64,000 nt of DNA from Rickettsiales bacterium (lineage in GTDB: Bacteria > Pseudomonadota > Alphaproteobacteria > Rickettsiales > UBA998): assembly GCA_036770365.1 (NCBI GenBank), contig DAIPJH010000003.1, positions 7,250 to 71,249 of the forward strand, given 5' to 3'. The notes below the pieces were generated by a model. That model worked only from the letters and a program-made list of their open reading frames with translations. It did not search any database and was not told the origin of the DNA. The stretch's first letter is position 1. Every line of letters starts with the position of its first letter. A program made the position numbers and the translations under genes. This document shows, one piece after another, positions 1 through 10,476 of this stretch.

Positions 1-24
1 GTGCCAATCATTGATCCCTACCTA

Positions 25-483
25 TTATCTCTTGTTCTTCTCGTTCATCGCAGCAACATCAAGCACCACAGGAGCTTGTGCTACATGAGGATGTTCAGTA
101 CCAGCATACACACGAAGCTTGCCCAACTGCTCACGACCTAACGGGCCACGTGGCAGCATGCGCTGAACAGCTTTATGAATCACGCGCTCTGGGAAACGAC
201 CAGCAAGAATTTTACCTGCGGTTGTTTCTTTAATCCCACCAGGGTGACCTGTGTGACGATAATAGAACTTATCTTTAAGTTTATTACCCGTCAGCTTCAC
301 TTTATCAGCATTAATCACCACGATATGATCACCGCAATCAATGTTGGTAGAATACATAGCCTTGTGTTTACCACGAAGTCTCATCGCCACAATGCTAGCC
401 AAACGACCTAGCACAACATCCTGTGCATCAATCACCCACCACTGCTTGGTTACTTCCGATGGTTTTGCGGAATAGGTTTTCAT
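25..483 (-). CDS. rplM: 50S ribosomal protein L13 (uL13)
   Basis: 152-aa ORF. WWVIDA..VLGRLAS N-terminus and RMLP.GPLGR near the C-terminus are typical of uL13. Confidence 0.95.
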   Translation of the reverse strand: MKTYSAKPSEVTKQWWVIDAQDVVLGRLASIVAMRLRGKHKAMYSTNIDCGDHIVVINADKVKLTGNKLKDKFYYRHTGHPGGIKETTAGKILAGRFPERVIHKAVQRMLPRGPLGREQLGKLRVYAGTEHPHVAQAPVVLDVAAMNEKNKR

Positions 484-582
484 AGAAAATAAACCTTGTC
501 TTACTTGCCTGTTTATAAAAGAGGCAGGTAAATAAGCTAAGAACTAGCCATCTGTCAACGAAAAAACACACAAAAGAGAAAC

Positions 583-1071
583 TTATCCTTGAACGATCTT
601 GTAACTCAAACGCCCGACGACCGAATGCACCGCTTCATCTGTCGGCCCAAGCGGCAGTAAACACTGACGAAACCTTATCTCTTTATTATCAAGTAAGCGA
701 AAAACTCCCTCTTGAAAATAAGGCTTCTTTTCCACAACCACCTTAGCAAGCTGATCCCCAATATCACATGCATTCAGTGTCACAATATGCGGAATACCCT
801 CAGGAAGCACCCCTGTTTGATAATCTTGGATAATACTTTCGCCTAAATAGGTATAATTATAATGTTCTACGCAAACGATATCACGCACCTGCACTAAAAA
901 ACAAGCACTCCATAAACTTGCGATCTCTTCAAAGTCAATAATATCTTCACTCGGAAACAAACGACTCCCTCGCAAACGCTGCCATAAATACAGTAATAGC
1001 TCTGTATGGCGTTTTTCCTGAGCAGGTAATTGCTTAACAGCACTGTCCATAAATTCCCTAGCCTTCACCAC
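583..1071 (-). CDS. Small cytoplasmic PAS-like protein (PAS_5 / PF07310-type, recalled from memory)
   Basis: 162-aa ORF with no signal peptide or TM segment. The pattern LYLWQRLRG.RLFPS..D and C-terminal FRQCLLPL resembles small alphaproteobacterial PAS_5 proteins. Family assignment is unverified. Confidence 0.5.
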   Translation of the reverse strand: MVKAREFMDSAVKQLPAQEKRHTELLLYLWQRLRGSRLFPSEDIIDFEEIASLWSACFLVQVRDIVCVEHYNYTYLGESIIQDYQTGVLPEGIPHIVTLNACDIGDQLAKVVVEKKPYFQEGVFRLLDNKEIRFRQCLLPLGPTDEAVHSVVGRLSYKIVQG

Positions 1072-1074
1072 GCA

Positions 1075-1881
1075 TCAACCATAACGCCCTGTAATATAAT
1101 CTTGTGTCTGCTGTTTTTCTGGATTCGTAAAAATCCGCTTCGTATCGCCGTACTCTACTATCTTACCCATATGAAAAAAAGCAGTTTTTTCAGATACTCG
1201 CGCCGCTTGTTGCATAGAATGCGTCACAATAACTATGGTAAAACGATTTTTTAGCTCATCAATCAATTCCTCTACCCGCGCCGTCGCAATAGGATCAAGT
1301 GCGGAACACGGCTCATCCATCAAAATAACCTCAGGATTTACGGCGATGGTACGCGCAATACATAAACGCTGCTGTTGACCACCCGACAAGCCCGTACCCG
1401 CATCATGCAGCCTATCCTTCACTTCTTCCCACAACCCCGCCTTACGCAGGCTATCTTCTACCGCCACGTCCATCTCCGCACGAGTCTTCACCAACCCGTG
1501 AATCTTCGCACCATAAATCACATTTTCATAAATAGATTTTGGAAAAGGATTCGGCTTTTGAAATACCATGCCCACCCGCGCACGAAGCTGCACCACATCT
1601 TGCTCTGGCGCATTGACATTCACCCCATCAAGTAAAATCTCTCCCGTGACACGGCAATGCTCGATCGTATCATTCATACGATTGATGGTACGCAAAAAAG
1701 TAGATTTACCACAACCAGAAGGTCCAATCAGTGCTGTTACGCTACACGGCGCAATGTCCAAATCCACTTCAAAAATCGCCTGTTTTGTGCCATAAAACAC
1801 GCTCACATGACGCGCCTGTACCACTCCCTTTGTACCACATTGAGAGAACGTATCTTGTTTTTGCTGTTGTGCCGTGTGCAT
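1075..1881 (-). CDS. pstB: Phosphate ABC transporter ATP-binding protein PstB
   Basis: Walker [10 protein letters not shown], signature [13 protein letters not shown], Walker [13 protein letters not shown]. Lies downstream of pstA. Confidence 0.95.
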   Translation of the reverse strand: MHTAQQQKQDTFSQCGTKGVVQARHVSVFYGTKQAIFEVDLDIAPCSVTALIGPSGCGKSTFLRTINRMNDTIEHCRVTGEILLDGVNVNAPEQDVVQLRARVGMVFQKPNPFPKSIYENVIYGAKIHGLVKTRAEMDVAVEDSLRKAGLWEEVKDRLHDAGTGLSGGQQQRLCIARTIAVNPEVILMDEPCSALDPIATARVEELIDELKNRFTIVIVTHSMQQAARVSEKTAFFHMGKIVEYGDTKRIFTNPEKQQTQDYITGRYG

Positions 1882-1915
1882 ACAAACTCACCTTACTCAT
1901 TATAATTATTGACAT

Positions 1916-3190
1916 CTACCAACGTTGCTCAAACTTTTTACGCAGATAAATCGCTCCCGCGTTCAACAACAACAAAATACCGATTAATATCAAAATACCT
2001 GCCGCCGTTTTGTCCACGAAACCAAGCTCAGGACTTGATGCCCAAATATAAATCTGCACAGGCATCACCGTTGCAGGATCAGTAAATCCATGAGGAACAT
2101 CTACAATAAACGCTACCATCCCAATCATCAGCAAAGGTGCAGTCTCACCTAACGCACGCGCCACCGCCAAAATCGTCCCCGTCATGATCCCCGGCATAGA
2201 AAGTGGCAACACATGATGCCACACTGCTTGCCACGGTGATGCTCCAACCCCAAGCGCAGCTTGACGAATAGAATCAGGTACAGCACGTAGAGCCACACGC
2301 GTTGTAATGATAATAACAGGCAGCACCATCAATGCCAGCGTCAATCCACCCGCCAACGATGCCGAACGAGGAATCCCAAGAAAATTAAGATAAAGCTCCA
2401 ACCCAAGCAACCCAAAAACGATGGAAGGCACGGCAGCCAAATTATTGATATTCACATCAATCACATCACGCAACCGATTTTTCGGCGCAAATTCTTCTAA
2501 ATAGACAGCAGTCATCACCCCAAACGGAAACGCCAATGCCAAGCACACTAACACGGTCAAAAGTGACCCGACAATCGCACTAAAAAAACCTGATTCTACA
2601 GGATTGCGCGAATCGCCAGCAGTGAAAAAATTCACATTAAACGAACGTTTAACCAAATTCTTTTCTTGTAATACATTCATCCAAACAAGCTGCTTATCAT
2701 TTAGTACGCGCTCTGCCTCTGGCGCATGGACATCCACACGCCCCTTCATCAACATATCCGCGCCATCTGAAGCAGGAATCCAAATACGTTTGACCTCACC
2801 CACCATTAATGGCTTCGCCTCGCTGACATCTGACCACATCGCCAGCACATCACGTGCAGATGCTGACGCCGCAATCAATTTATAAAGCTGACGGCGTAAC
2901 GCCTTATCTTCCTTGGCTTCAGGAAATAACTCCAAAAGCGCGTGTTTTACCATGACGGGTGCTTTGCGACGCAACTCTAACGGACTACTTAACGCTTCCT
3001 CGACCTTAATATCCAGACTAATTTCAGTGCGTGTTAACCCCTTAATACCAGGGAAAATAATTGACGAAAGCAACACACATAACATCACCACCGCACAGCC
3101 TAGAGCTAATCTGCCATACATACGAAAACGACGCTCTGCGCGATGACGCGCCGCCACGTGCTTTATCTGATGTGCGGAAATATTACTCAT
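1916..3190 (-). CDS. pstA: Phosphate ABC transporter permease PstA (long form)
   Basis: 424-aa polytopic ORF. EAA-type loop ALGASPWQ and motif RALGETAPLL. Overlaps pstC by 8 nt. Confidence 0.9.
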   Translation of the reverse strand: MSNISAHQIKHVAARHRAERRFRMYGRLALGCAVVMLCVLLSSIIFPGIKGLTRTEISLDIKVEEALSSPLELRRKAPVMVKHALLELFPEAKEDKALRRQLYKLIAASASARDVLAMWSDVSEAKPLMVGEVKRIWIPASDGADMLMKGRVDVHAPEAERVLNDKQLVWMNVLQEKNLVKRSFNVNFFTAGDSRNPVESGFFSAIVGSLLTVLVCLALAFPFGVMTAVYLEEFAPKNRLRDVIDVNINNLAAVPSIVFGLLGLELYLNFLGIPRSASLAGGLTLALMVLPVIIITTRVALRAVPDSIRQAALGVGASPWQAVWHHVLPLSMPGIMTGTILAVARALGETAPLLMIGMVAFIVDVPHGFTDPATVMPVQIYIWASSPELGFVDKTAAGILILIGILLLLNAGAIYLRKKFEQRW

Positions 3191-4115
3191 ATTGTTCTCT
3201 GTATTTCTTTACAATAATCAAAGCGATGATATTCAATACAAGCGTCACCACAAATAACGTCAAACCAAGCGCGAATGCCGCTAGGGTCTTGGCACTATCA
3301 AATTCTTGATCTCCTACCAACAATGCCACAATTTGCGCCGTCACCGTCGTCACTGCTTGTAATGGATTAAAGGTCAGATTTGCACTCAGCCCCGCCGCCA
3401 TCACCACGATCATTGTCTCACCAATTGCACGAGAAATTGCCAAAAGCAATGCACCCATAATACCAGGGAGAGCCGCAGGTAACACCACATACTTGATGGT
3501 TTCAGACTTTGTTGCTCCAAGCCCTAGCGACGCATCACGCAACGAACGCGGTACTGCGGTTAAAATATCATCTGAAAGTGAGGAAATAAAAGGAATGATC
3601 ATAATCCCCATCACCAACCCTGCGCCAAGCGCACTCTCAGAAGCAATATCTAGCCCTACCACCGCCCCCACTTCACGCAAGAACGGGGCAACGGCTACCA
3701 CCGCAAAATAACCATAAACCACCGTCGGAATTCCCGCCAACACTTCAAGAAGTGGTTTGGCGATATTACGCAAACGCGGCGTTGCGTATTCTGCCATATA
3801 AATCGCTGAAAAAAGCCCAATCGGTGCAGCGACCAGCAATGCGATCACCGTAATTAACAATGTACCCACAAATAAAGGAATAGAACCAAAAGACTCCCCG
3901 ATACGCTCAGGAGGCAGCGAATCCGAAGCCTGAGGACTCCAGTGCGCACCAAACAAAAAATCAACAACAGAGACGTGGCCAAAAAAACGCAATGCCTCAA
4001 AAAGCACGGACAACACAATCGCAAGCGTAATCGCTACAGACGCAAGCGCAGCGACAAACAATGCCCCATGAATCAGATATTCAGCCTTATTACGTACTGG
4101 AATTCTGACCGTCAC
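3183..4115 (-). CDS. pstC: Phosphate ABC transporter permease PstC
   Basis: 310-aa polytopic ORF with LGLGATKSETI and RAIGETMIV motifs. First gene of pstCAB. Confidence 0.9.
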   Translation of the reverse strand: MTVRIPVRNKAEYLIHGALFVAALASVAITLAIVLSVLFEALRFFGHVSVVDFLFGAHWSPQASDSLPPERIGESFGSIPLFVGTLLITVIALLVAAPIGLFSAIYMAEYATPRLRNIAKPLLEVLAGIPTVVYGYFAVVAVAPFLREVGAVVGLDIASESALGAGLVMGIMIIPFISSLSDDILTAVPRSLRDASLGLGATKSETIKYVVLPAALPGIMGALLLAISRAIGETMIVVMAAGLSANLTFNPLQAVTTVTAQIVALLVGDQEFDSAKTLAAFALGLTLFVVTLVLNIIALIIVKKYREQYE

Positions 4116-4316
4116 ACACTCTCTCCGCCTTATAACTTACCCAACACACTCTGCCAATCTTCAATCATATCAAGACGATGTTTTGCCGCAGCGCGTCATC
4201 TCTATAAAACATTTATTCCGATACGTCTAGCATCCATACACACCCAACTGCATGACAATTGCAATCTCCACGTTTCTTGGCTATGCTTGCAAACAGAAAA
4301 AGAATTGATTGAACCA

Positions 4317-5717
4317 ATGAAAAAACCACCTGTCCCCTACCACACACTTCTTAAAACAGTGGCCATTGTGTCGCTGCCATCTTTGTTAGTACTCGCCGCA
4401 CTGGTAGCAATAGGTAGCCTATCTTTGCAAGCATTCCTACTTTCATATGCAATTATTTTACTTGGTTCATTAGTGCTATCATTACCCTTTCTCTCCAACG
4501 TTGCGTCACTGATTGCTTACGTCCAAAGCCTCGCCCTTGACAAAAAAGTACACGCTCCCAACCTTGGATTTTTGAGTATGGTCGGCGAACTATCGGACGC
4601 TCTGGGTCGCTTACAGCGCATCTGGGAAGTTAAAAAACAACAGATGGAACGCATCATCACCGAGCGCGAGATTTTAGTGGATACACTTCCTGATATTCTT
4701 ATTATGATCAACGATGAAGGCAGCATCATCCGCACTAACCGAGCTGCACGTGCAGTATTCGGACAAAACCTTGCCAATCGCCATATCCGCGAGATCATTC
4801 CCAATGAAGTCTTGATGGAAACCATCTCGTCCGTCATTGAGGACTTAAAGGGACGCGAGGTGGAGTTTCGTATTGAAGAACCTATCCTACGCGATTTTCT
4901 TGCTGTTATTGAACGTTTTCCAATCCCGTCAGCAGGCGGCATGTCGGTCGTCATTACCATCAATGACATCACCGAACTCAAAAGCGTAGAACAGATGCGT
5001 GCTGACTTCGTCGCCAACGCCAGTCACGAAATCCGCACCCCGCTTGCCAGTATCGCAGGATTCATTGAAACCTTACAAGGCCCCGCCCGCGACGACGAAC
5101 AAGCACGTGAAGAATTCTTAAAGCTCATGGCAGAGCAAGCAGAACGCATGAAACAACTCATCAATGACTTGCTTTCTCTTTCCAAAATCGAAATGAATGC
5201 CCACTCTGTTCCTATGGACTCCGTTGATCTGCTAGCGGTCATCAAACGCTCTGCGGATTTGCTCCGTCCCCAAGCAAAAAGCAAAAACGTTACCTTTAAA
5301 CTCGACATGACAGAAGATCTCCCGAATGTTAAAGGCGATGCTAACGAACTAGCACAAGTGATGCATAACCTTATTGGCAATGCCATCAAATATGGTGCAT
5401 CTGACAGCGAGGTCATTATTTCTGCGCGCATCACCTCGACCTTACCACGAGATCAAAACATGCGTAACCTCTCGCGTGTTGTACGCTTTAGCGTCAAAGA
5501 CGAAGGCGAAGGCATCGCCAAAGAACACTTAGCCCGCCTGACCGAACGTTTTTATCGTGTCGATAGCGCACGAACCCGCACTGTTGGCGGCACGGGACTA
5601 GGACTCGCCATCGTCAAAGGCATCATCGTACGCCATCGCGGGGCAATTACCATCGAAAGTATCGTTGGCAAAGGTTCAACGTTCTCTGTTTTCCTACCAC
5701 TTTACGAGGATATGTAG
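4317..5717 (+). CDS. phoR: Phosphate regulon sensor histidine kinase PhoR
   Basis: Two N-terminal TM helices, a PAS segment, H-box FVANASHEIRTPL, and N/G boxes (NLIGNAIKY, GGTGLGLAIV). Start moved to the ATG at 4317 (MKKPPV), because the longer ORF-track start overlaps pstC. Confidence 0.85.
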   Translation: MKKPPVPYHTLLKTVAIVSLPSLLVLAALVAIGSLSLQAFLLSYAIILLGSLVLSLPFLSNVASLIAYVQSLALDKKVHAPNLGFLSMVGELSDALGRLQRIWEVKKQQMERIITEREILVDTLPDILIMINDEGSIIRTNRAARAVFGQNLANRHIREIIPNEVLMETISSVIEDLKGREVEFRIEEPILRDFLAVIERFPIPSAGGMSVVITINDITELKSVEQMRADFVANASHEIRTPLASIAGFIETLQGPARDDEQAREEFLKLMAEQAERMKQLINDLLSLSKIEMNAHSVPMDSVDLLAVIKRSADLLRPQAKSKNVTFKLDMTEDLPNVKGDANELAQVMHNLIGNAIKYGASDSEVIISARITSTLPRDQNMRNLSRVVRFSVKDEGEGIAKEHLARLTERFYRVDSARTRTVGGTGLGLAIVKGIIVRHRGAITIESIVGKGSTFSVFLPLYEDM

Positions 5718-5720
5718 ACC

Positions 5721-6539
5721 ATGAATTCTCCTCTGCCACGCGTACTTATTATTGCAGGTTCAGATTCTAGTGGCGGCGCAGGCATTCAAGGTGACATCAA
5801 AACAGTCACCATGCTCGGTGGTTACGCGATGACCGCCATCACGGCACTCACCGCGCAAAACACAAGAGGTGTTGCCGCCATTTATGATGTGCCACCTGAG
5901 TTTATTGAACATCAAGTTACCCTCTGCTTAGAGGATATTGGCGCAGACATCATTAAAACGGGGATGCTACACCGCGCCGATATTATCCACGCCATTGCGA
6001 ACACATTAGAACATTATGCACTTGGCATTCCGATTATCGTTGACCCTGTGATGGTTGCTAAAGGCGGTGCATCACTGCTACAGAACGATGCATCCAACGC
6101 ACTTACCTCACGCCTGATTCCACTCGCAACACTTATCACCCCGAACATCCCTGAGGCGGAAGTCCTCGTTGGCAGACGCATCACCTCATTACTGGACATG
6201 AAGCTCGCCGCCGAAGAATTATTAGAACTAGGATGCCGTGCCGTACTTTTAAAAGGTGGGCATCTTGAGGGGGATATCATCTATGATGTGCTGCTTTCAC
6301 ATCAAGACTACGACGTCTTTGAAAGCACACGCATCCAATCGCACCATACTCACGGCACAGGCTGCACACTTGCTTCTGCCATTGCAACCTTATTAATCAA
6401 ACATAACGATATAAACATAGCGGTTCATCTAGCACGTGATTATGTTCGACGTGCGATTGAAACCGCACCATGCCTTGGTCACGGGCATGGCCCACTTGGG
6501 CATGGACATCCACTACAAAACCTTACCACAAAATCTTAA
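5721..6539 (+). CDS. thiD: Hydroxymethylpyrimidine/phosphomethylpyrimidine kinase
   Basis: IAGSDSSGGAGIQGDIKT N-terminus, DPVMVAKGG, and THGTGCTLASAIA, all typical of ThiD. Confidence 0.9.
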   Translation: MNSPLPRVLIIAGSDSSGGAGIQGDIKTVTMLGGYAMTAITALTAQNTRGVAAIYDVPPEFIEHQVTLCLEDIGADIIKTGMLHRADIIHAIANTLEHYALGIPIIVDPVMVAKGGASLLQNDASNALTSRLIPLATLITPNIPEAEVLVGRRITSLLDMKLAAEELLELGCRAVLLKGGHLEGDIIYDVLLSHQDYDVFESTRIQSHHTHGTGCTLASAIATLLIKHNDINIAVHLARDYVRRAIETAPCLGHGHGPLGHGHPLQNLTTKS

Positions 6540-6627
6540 GAATAACTGTTGATTTCTACGTTCATTTGCAGTAAAGACTCGCGTTCTTTAAAAATATATG
6601 ACTTTGCCAAACGCACGGAGCAAGACA

Positions 6628-6870
6628 ATGAAAAAAGGTATTCACCCTAATTATCACGCAATCACCATCGTTCGCACCGACGGCACGCGTATTCCAAGCC
6701 GCATGTGCTGGGGCAAAGAAGGTCAGGATTATATCTGTGACGTTGATCCTTTGACCCACCAGGCATGGGTTGGCGGCAACACCCTCCGCAAAACAGGTCA
6801 GATGGAAAAATTTGGCAATAAATTCGGTGGCGTTGATTTTGGCTCTTTGGGCAAAAAAGCCTCTGCATAA
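6628..6870 (+). CDS. rpmE: 50S ribosomal protein L31
   Basis: MKKGIHPNYH start is typical of bL31. Start trimmed from the ORF-track 6598 to the ATG at 6628. Confidence 0.9.
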   Translation: MKKGIHPNYHAITIVRTDGTRIPSRMCWGKEGQDYICDVDPLTHQAWVGGNTLRKTGQMEKFGNKFGGVDFGSLGKKASA

Positions 6871-6893
6871 CCAATATGCGTATAATTTAATAC

Positions 6894-6928
6894 AAAAAGG
6901 CGGCTTATCAGTCGCCTTTTTTGTTTTT
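6894..6928 (+). terminator. Rho-independent terminator after rpmE
   Basis: AAAAGGCGGCTTATCAGTCGCCTTTTTTGTTTTT: a GC stem (one mismatch) followed by a T-run. Confidence 0.6.
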
Positions 6929-6946
6929 GACCACTAACATCACCTT

Positions 6947-8095
6947 ATGAATATGCTGGCTAAACATACGAATTATATCCCCGCACTGACAGGATTACGT
7001 GGTATCGCCGCCTTATGGGTCGTCTTACACCATATCTGGGCGTCTGCAGGTTATCCCAATCAAACCATCACCATCTTTGAACGAACATTCAATTTACAGT
7101 TTTTATTTTCTGGTTGGCTTGGGGTGGATATTTTCTTCGTACTCTCGGGCTTTGTTCTCTGCGCGCCCTTCCTCGCCTATCTCAAAAGCGAACAAACATT
7201 TCCAAACATGCGCCACTATACTATACGACGCGCAGCACGTATCATTCCCGCTTATTATGCTCAACTTATCTTGCTTGCGCTACTCTCTACTCTCGGCATC
7301 ATGCACATACCCGCCAATGCAAGTGACTACCTCACCCATGCCTTTTTCATCCAAAACCTCGTGTCACTCAAAGGCGAAGTCATCAATGGTAGCTATTGGT
7401 CCCTCCCTGTCGAAGTGCATTATTATTTTACCCTACCTACGCTATTTTTTCTGTTCAAGAAATATGGTGTAAGACGCGTTGTACCACTAGTGCTTATCGC
7501 CATGTTTGCCTACCGCATAGGCATAATCCACTTGCTACAACATGATCCCATCGCACTCAAGTCACTCTATCTTGACCAAATTTTCGGACGAATTGACCAA
7601 TTTCTAATTGGTATGGGCTGTGCCTATCTCTACACTAACCGCGATACTTTGTTGAACAGTCGCCGAACCTATGCACCTGTGCTGCTTTGCCTCATGGGTA
7701 TAGCAGGATTATATGAAGTGCTTATCATCATCTTAAATGTGATTGGACTGGAAAAATTCTGGGCAGGGCATCCCTTCCTTTACATTTTTCGTACTATCCT
7801 CGGTTTATCAGTTGGCTGCCTTATCATGGGTATCAGCTTAAGCCCCCGCATCGCAGGAAGGATACTTGCCAACCCCGTCACTTATTTTCTCGGTACAATC
7901 AGCTACGGGATTTATCTCTGGCATTTTCCCGTACATATTTTACTCAACACCTACCTCACTTCCAACCTACATCCGCAAGGCATTATGGCATCTTTTGCTG
8001 TTACCGCGACACTCACCACCATTGCCGCCAGCGTCTCTTACTTTGCCATCGAACGCCCTATCCTAAACTGGGCTGGGCGCATTACCAAAAACTAA
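6947..8095 (+). CDS. Acyltransferase family 3 membrane protein
   Basis: 382-aa polytopic ORF. The N-terminal LTGLRGIAALWVVLHH motif is typical of acyltransferase_3 (OafA/NolL-like). Confidence 0.8.
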   Translation: MNMLAKHTNYIPALTGLRGIAALWVVLHHIWASAGYPNQTITIFERTFNLQFLFSGWLGVDIFFVLSGFVLCAPFLAYLKSEQTFPNMRHYTIRRAARIIPAYYAQLILLALLSTLGIMHIPANASDYLTHAFFIQNLVSLKGEVINGSYWSLPVEVHYYFTLPTLFFLFKKYGVRRVVPLVLIAMFAYRIGIIHLLQHDPIALKSLYLDQIFGRIDQFLIGMGCAYLYTNRDTLLNSRRTYAPVLLCLMGIAGLYEVLIIILNVIGLEKFWAGHPFLYIFRTILGLSVGCLIMGISLSPRIAGRILANPVTYFLGTISYGIYLWHFPVHILLNTYLTSNLHPQGIMASFAVTATLTTIAASVSYFAIERPILNWAGRITKN

Positions 8096-9135
8096 AGGAA
8101 CATTTCCCGTATATCAATCGACGAACGCACACCCACCGCATGAAGATGCGATTTCAACCAATCACCACTAGACTGACGACCCACATCACGTAAATGTTGC
8201 AAAAAATCCCAATCTGCATTGAGTTTACTCGCATAATCCATTGAGGCCATCACATCTTGCGCCTCAATCATATGAATAAACATCTCTTTATAATTACCCT
8301 CTGGTAGCGTGCCTTCACGCACCAAACGACCGACAAACTCTACCGCACGCATTTCGCGCAGCAAGCTCGCATTGAAACTAATTTCATTAACACGATCCAT
8401 AATCTCCGCTGCACCTGTGGGCGCATCATCTACATACATCGGATTGATCTGTACCAATAAAATATCTTTGCAGCTCGCCTTATAAAACAAGGGAAACAAT
8501 GCGGGATTACCCGAATATCCACCATCCCAGTAAGGCACACCACCTACTTCTACCGTCTTATACAAAAATGGCAAACAGGTAGAGGCCATCACCATATCGA
8601 GCGTCAATTCTTCAGTCACAAAAATTTTAGGTTGCCCTGTACGTACATTGGTTGCAGTGATAAAAAGCTTGATATCCTTTTGTTCACGCAACACCTTAAA
8701 ATCAACCATGCTCATCAAAATATCTTTAAGCGGGTTTAGATCCATCGCATTAAATTGATACGGTGAGAACATCCGCGTCATCAAATCCATCGCAAAGAAA
8801 GACGGCGAAAAATCCATTTTCGTGCCACCCATAACCTTATCCCACCATGTTGGCTGCATTGGCGACATGCTCGCCACCACACTTACCCGATACCAAAAAT
8901 CATGCAGTAATTTTCGGGCTTTTTCTATGCCGCCTGTGGTAAGTCCATACGCCAGCACCACCGCATTGATCGCCCCAGCACTTGTGCCTGTTATTGCTTC
9001 AATATCAAGCACATCCTTTTCAAGCAAAGCATCCAACACACCCCATGTGAAAGCACCGTGCGCCCCGCCACCTTGCAGTGCAAGATTGATTTTACGTTTT
9101 TCCTCAACAGAAACATTTACCGCATTCTTAGCCAT
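8092..9135 (-). CDS. Patatin-like phospholipase family protein
   Basis: Oxyanion motif GGGAHGAFTWGVL and nucleophile elbow GTSAGA, with a later DGG (WDGGYSGNP) for the catalytic Asp. Confidence 0.85.
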   Translation of the reverse strand: MAKNAVNVSVEEKRKINLALQGGGAHGAFTWGVLDALLEKDVLDIEAITGTSAGAINAVVLAYGLTTGGIEKARKLLHDFWYRVSVVASMSPMQPTWWDKVMGGTKMDFSPSFFAMDLMTRMFSPYQFNAMDLNPLKDILMSMVDFKVLREQKDIKLFITATNVRTGQPKIFVTEELTLDMVMASTCLPFLYKTVEVGGVPYWDGGYSGNPALFPLFYKASCKDILLVQINPMYVDDAPTGAAEIMDRVNEISFNASLLREMRAVEFVGRLVREGTLPEGNYKEMFIHMIEAQDVMASMDYASKLNADWDFLQHLRDVGRQSSGDWLKSHLHAVGVRSSIDIREMFL

Positions 9136-9158
9136 GTTTTACCAACCTAAATCAGGAA

Positions 9159-9341
9159 TTACTTAAAAAAGGAAGATGCTGCAACACTTGCAGCTTTTTT
9201 ACGTGTGATTTCTTGTTCAGTACGAGTAATTTCTACCTGTAATTCCATAATATAATCTTGAAGCTCATCAACACTCACTCGCTCCAAATTGCGCGGGGCA
9301 AATACGTCACTTTTTTTCTTCGGTAATTCTTCTTCAAACAT
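9159..9341 (-). CDS. DUF1192-type small coiled-coil protein
   Basis: 60-aa ORF. LERVSVDELQDYIMELQVEITR matches the alphaproteobacterial DUF1192 pattern as I remember it. Confidence 0.55.
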   Translation of the reverse strand: MFEEELPKKKSDVFAPRNLERVSVDELQDYIMELQVEITRTEQEITRKKAASVAASSFFK

Positions 9342-9436
9342 AAGATTTCACCTAATACTTGTACATTATACTCTTTCAAATTAAGTTTGGTGCAACCAAT
9401 CTAGTCTTTCTGCACTTTAGAACTGGAACACACGAC

Positions 9437-10450
9437 ATGCAAGCATTACCAACCACCATGAACGCCGTAAAAATAGTACATGCGGGCATAGAGGGTACAC
9501 TTTCCTATGAAGCATGCAGCATGCCAACACCAACCCACAATGAGATCTTAGTGCGCGTTCACGCCGCTGGCGTCAATCACGCTGACCTCTATCAAGTACA
9601 AGGCTCATACCCTTTTCCTAGTGAAACAGACGGTATTTTAGGGCTTGAATTTGCAGGCGAAGTGGCAAGCATTGGCGCAAATGTCACACGCTGGAAATTA
9701 GGCGATAAAGTCTGCGGGATTATCACCGCAGGTGGTTACGCGGACTATGTCACCGTCCACACCGACCACGTCCTACCCATCCCAAAACATCTCGAAATGG
9801 AGCAAGCTGCCTGTTTGCCTGAAGCCTTAGCCACTGCCTACCTCAGCCTGTTTATCTTAGGCAAAGCCGAACGCGGACAATCCGCACTCATTCACGGTGG
9901 GTCTAGCGGCATTGGCACGATCGCCATCCAAATGCTGCGGCACGCTGGCTTAGAAATCTTTGCAACCGCAGGCAACGATGCTAAATGCCAAGCATGCGAA
10001 ACGCTCGGTGCAACAGCCATCAATTATAAAACACAAGATTTTGTTTCTGTCATCAAAGGCGAAACAGAAGAGCGCGGTGTTGATATTGTCCTTGATATGG
10101 TCGGCGGTAGCTACATCCACCGCAACCTACGCTGCCTTGCACTTTATGGCCACATGATAAGCATCGCCTTCATCGAAGAGGCCACCATCACCGCCAATAT
10201 GGCTGGGCTACTGATGAAAGAAATCACATGGCGCGGAATGCGTCTTCGCGCTCAGAACCATGAAATGAAAGCGCGTATCATACGTGAAATCGAGGCAAGG
10301 TTTCTTCCTGCCATAACGGAGGGACATATTCTACCCGTCTTAGATAGCGTTTATCCCTTGAAAAATGCTGAAAAAGCGCACGCTCGGATGCAAGAAGGCT
10401 TGCATATTGGCAAAATTGTATTAAGTATGGTGCGTTTTCCACATATATAA
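9437..10450 (+). CDS. NAD(P)H:quinone oxidoreductase (zeta-crystallin/PIG3-type MDR)
   Basis: GVNHADLYQVQGSYPFP and the nucleotide-binding GGSSGIGT motif. Start set at the ATG at 9437 (MQALPTT). Confidence 0.85.
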   Translation: MQALPTTMNAVKIVHAGIEGTLSYEACSMPTPTHNEILVRVHAAGVNHADLYQVQGSYPFPSETDGILGLEFAGEVASIGANVTRWKLGDKVCGIITAGGYADYVTVHTDHVLPIPKHLEMEQAACLPEALATAYLSLFILGKAERGQSALIHGGSSGIGTIAIQMLRHAGLEIFATAGNDAKCQACETLGATAINYKTQDFVSVIKGETEERGVDIVLDMVGGSYIHRNLRCLALYGHMISIAFIEEATITANMAGLLMKEITWRGMRLRAQNHEMKARIIREIEARFLPAITEGHILPVLDSVYPLKNAEKAHARMQEGLHIGKIVLSMVRFPHI

Positions 10451-10476
10451 CCATAGACAATAAAACGGATTTTACC

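Noticed and set aside
1-24. Possible start of rpsI (minus strand ATG at 11-9) downstream of rplM
   Set aside because: rplM-rpsI is the expected operon order, but only 11 nt are inside the window. The call cannot be supported.
3942-4316. 125-codon N-terminal extension of the phoR ORF in the track (591 aa)
   Set aside because: The extension overlaps the 5' end of pstC on the opposite strand. It is Arg/Lys/Asn-rich with no PhoR-like features. The first TM helix and a sensible start (MKKPPV) begin at 4317.
4116-4316. Pho box in the pstC/phoR divergent spacer
   Set aside because: There are only partial matches to CTGTCAT-N4-CTGTCAT (GCGTCATCTCTATAAAACAT, and ATGACA on the other strand). No convincing 11-bp-phased direct repeat is present, so it is not called.
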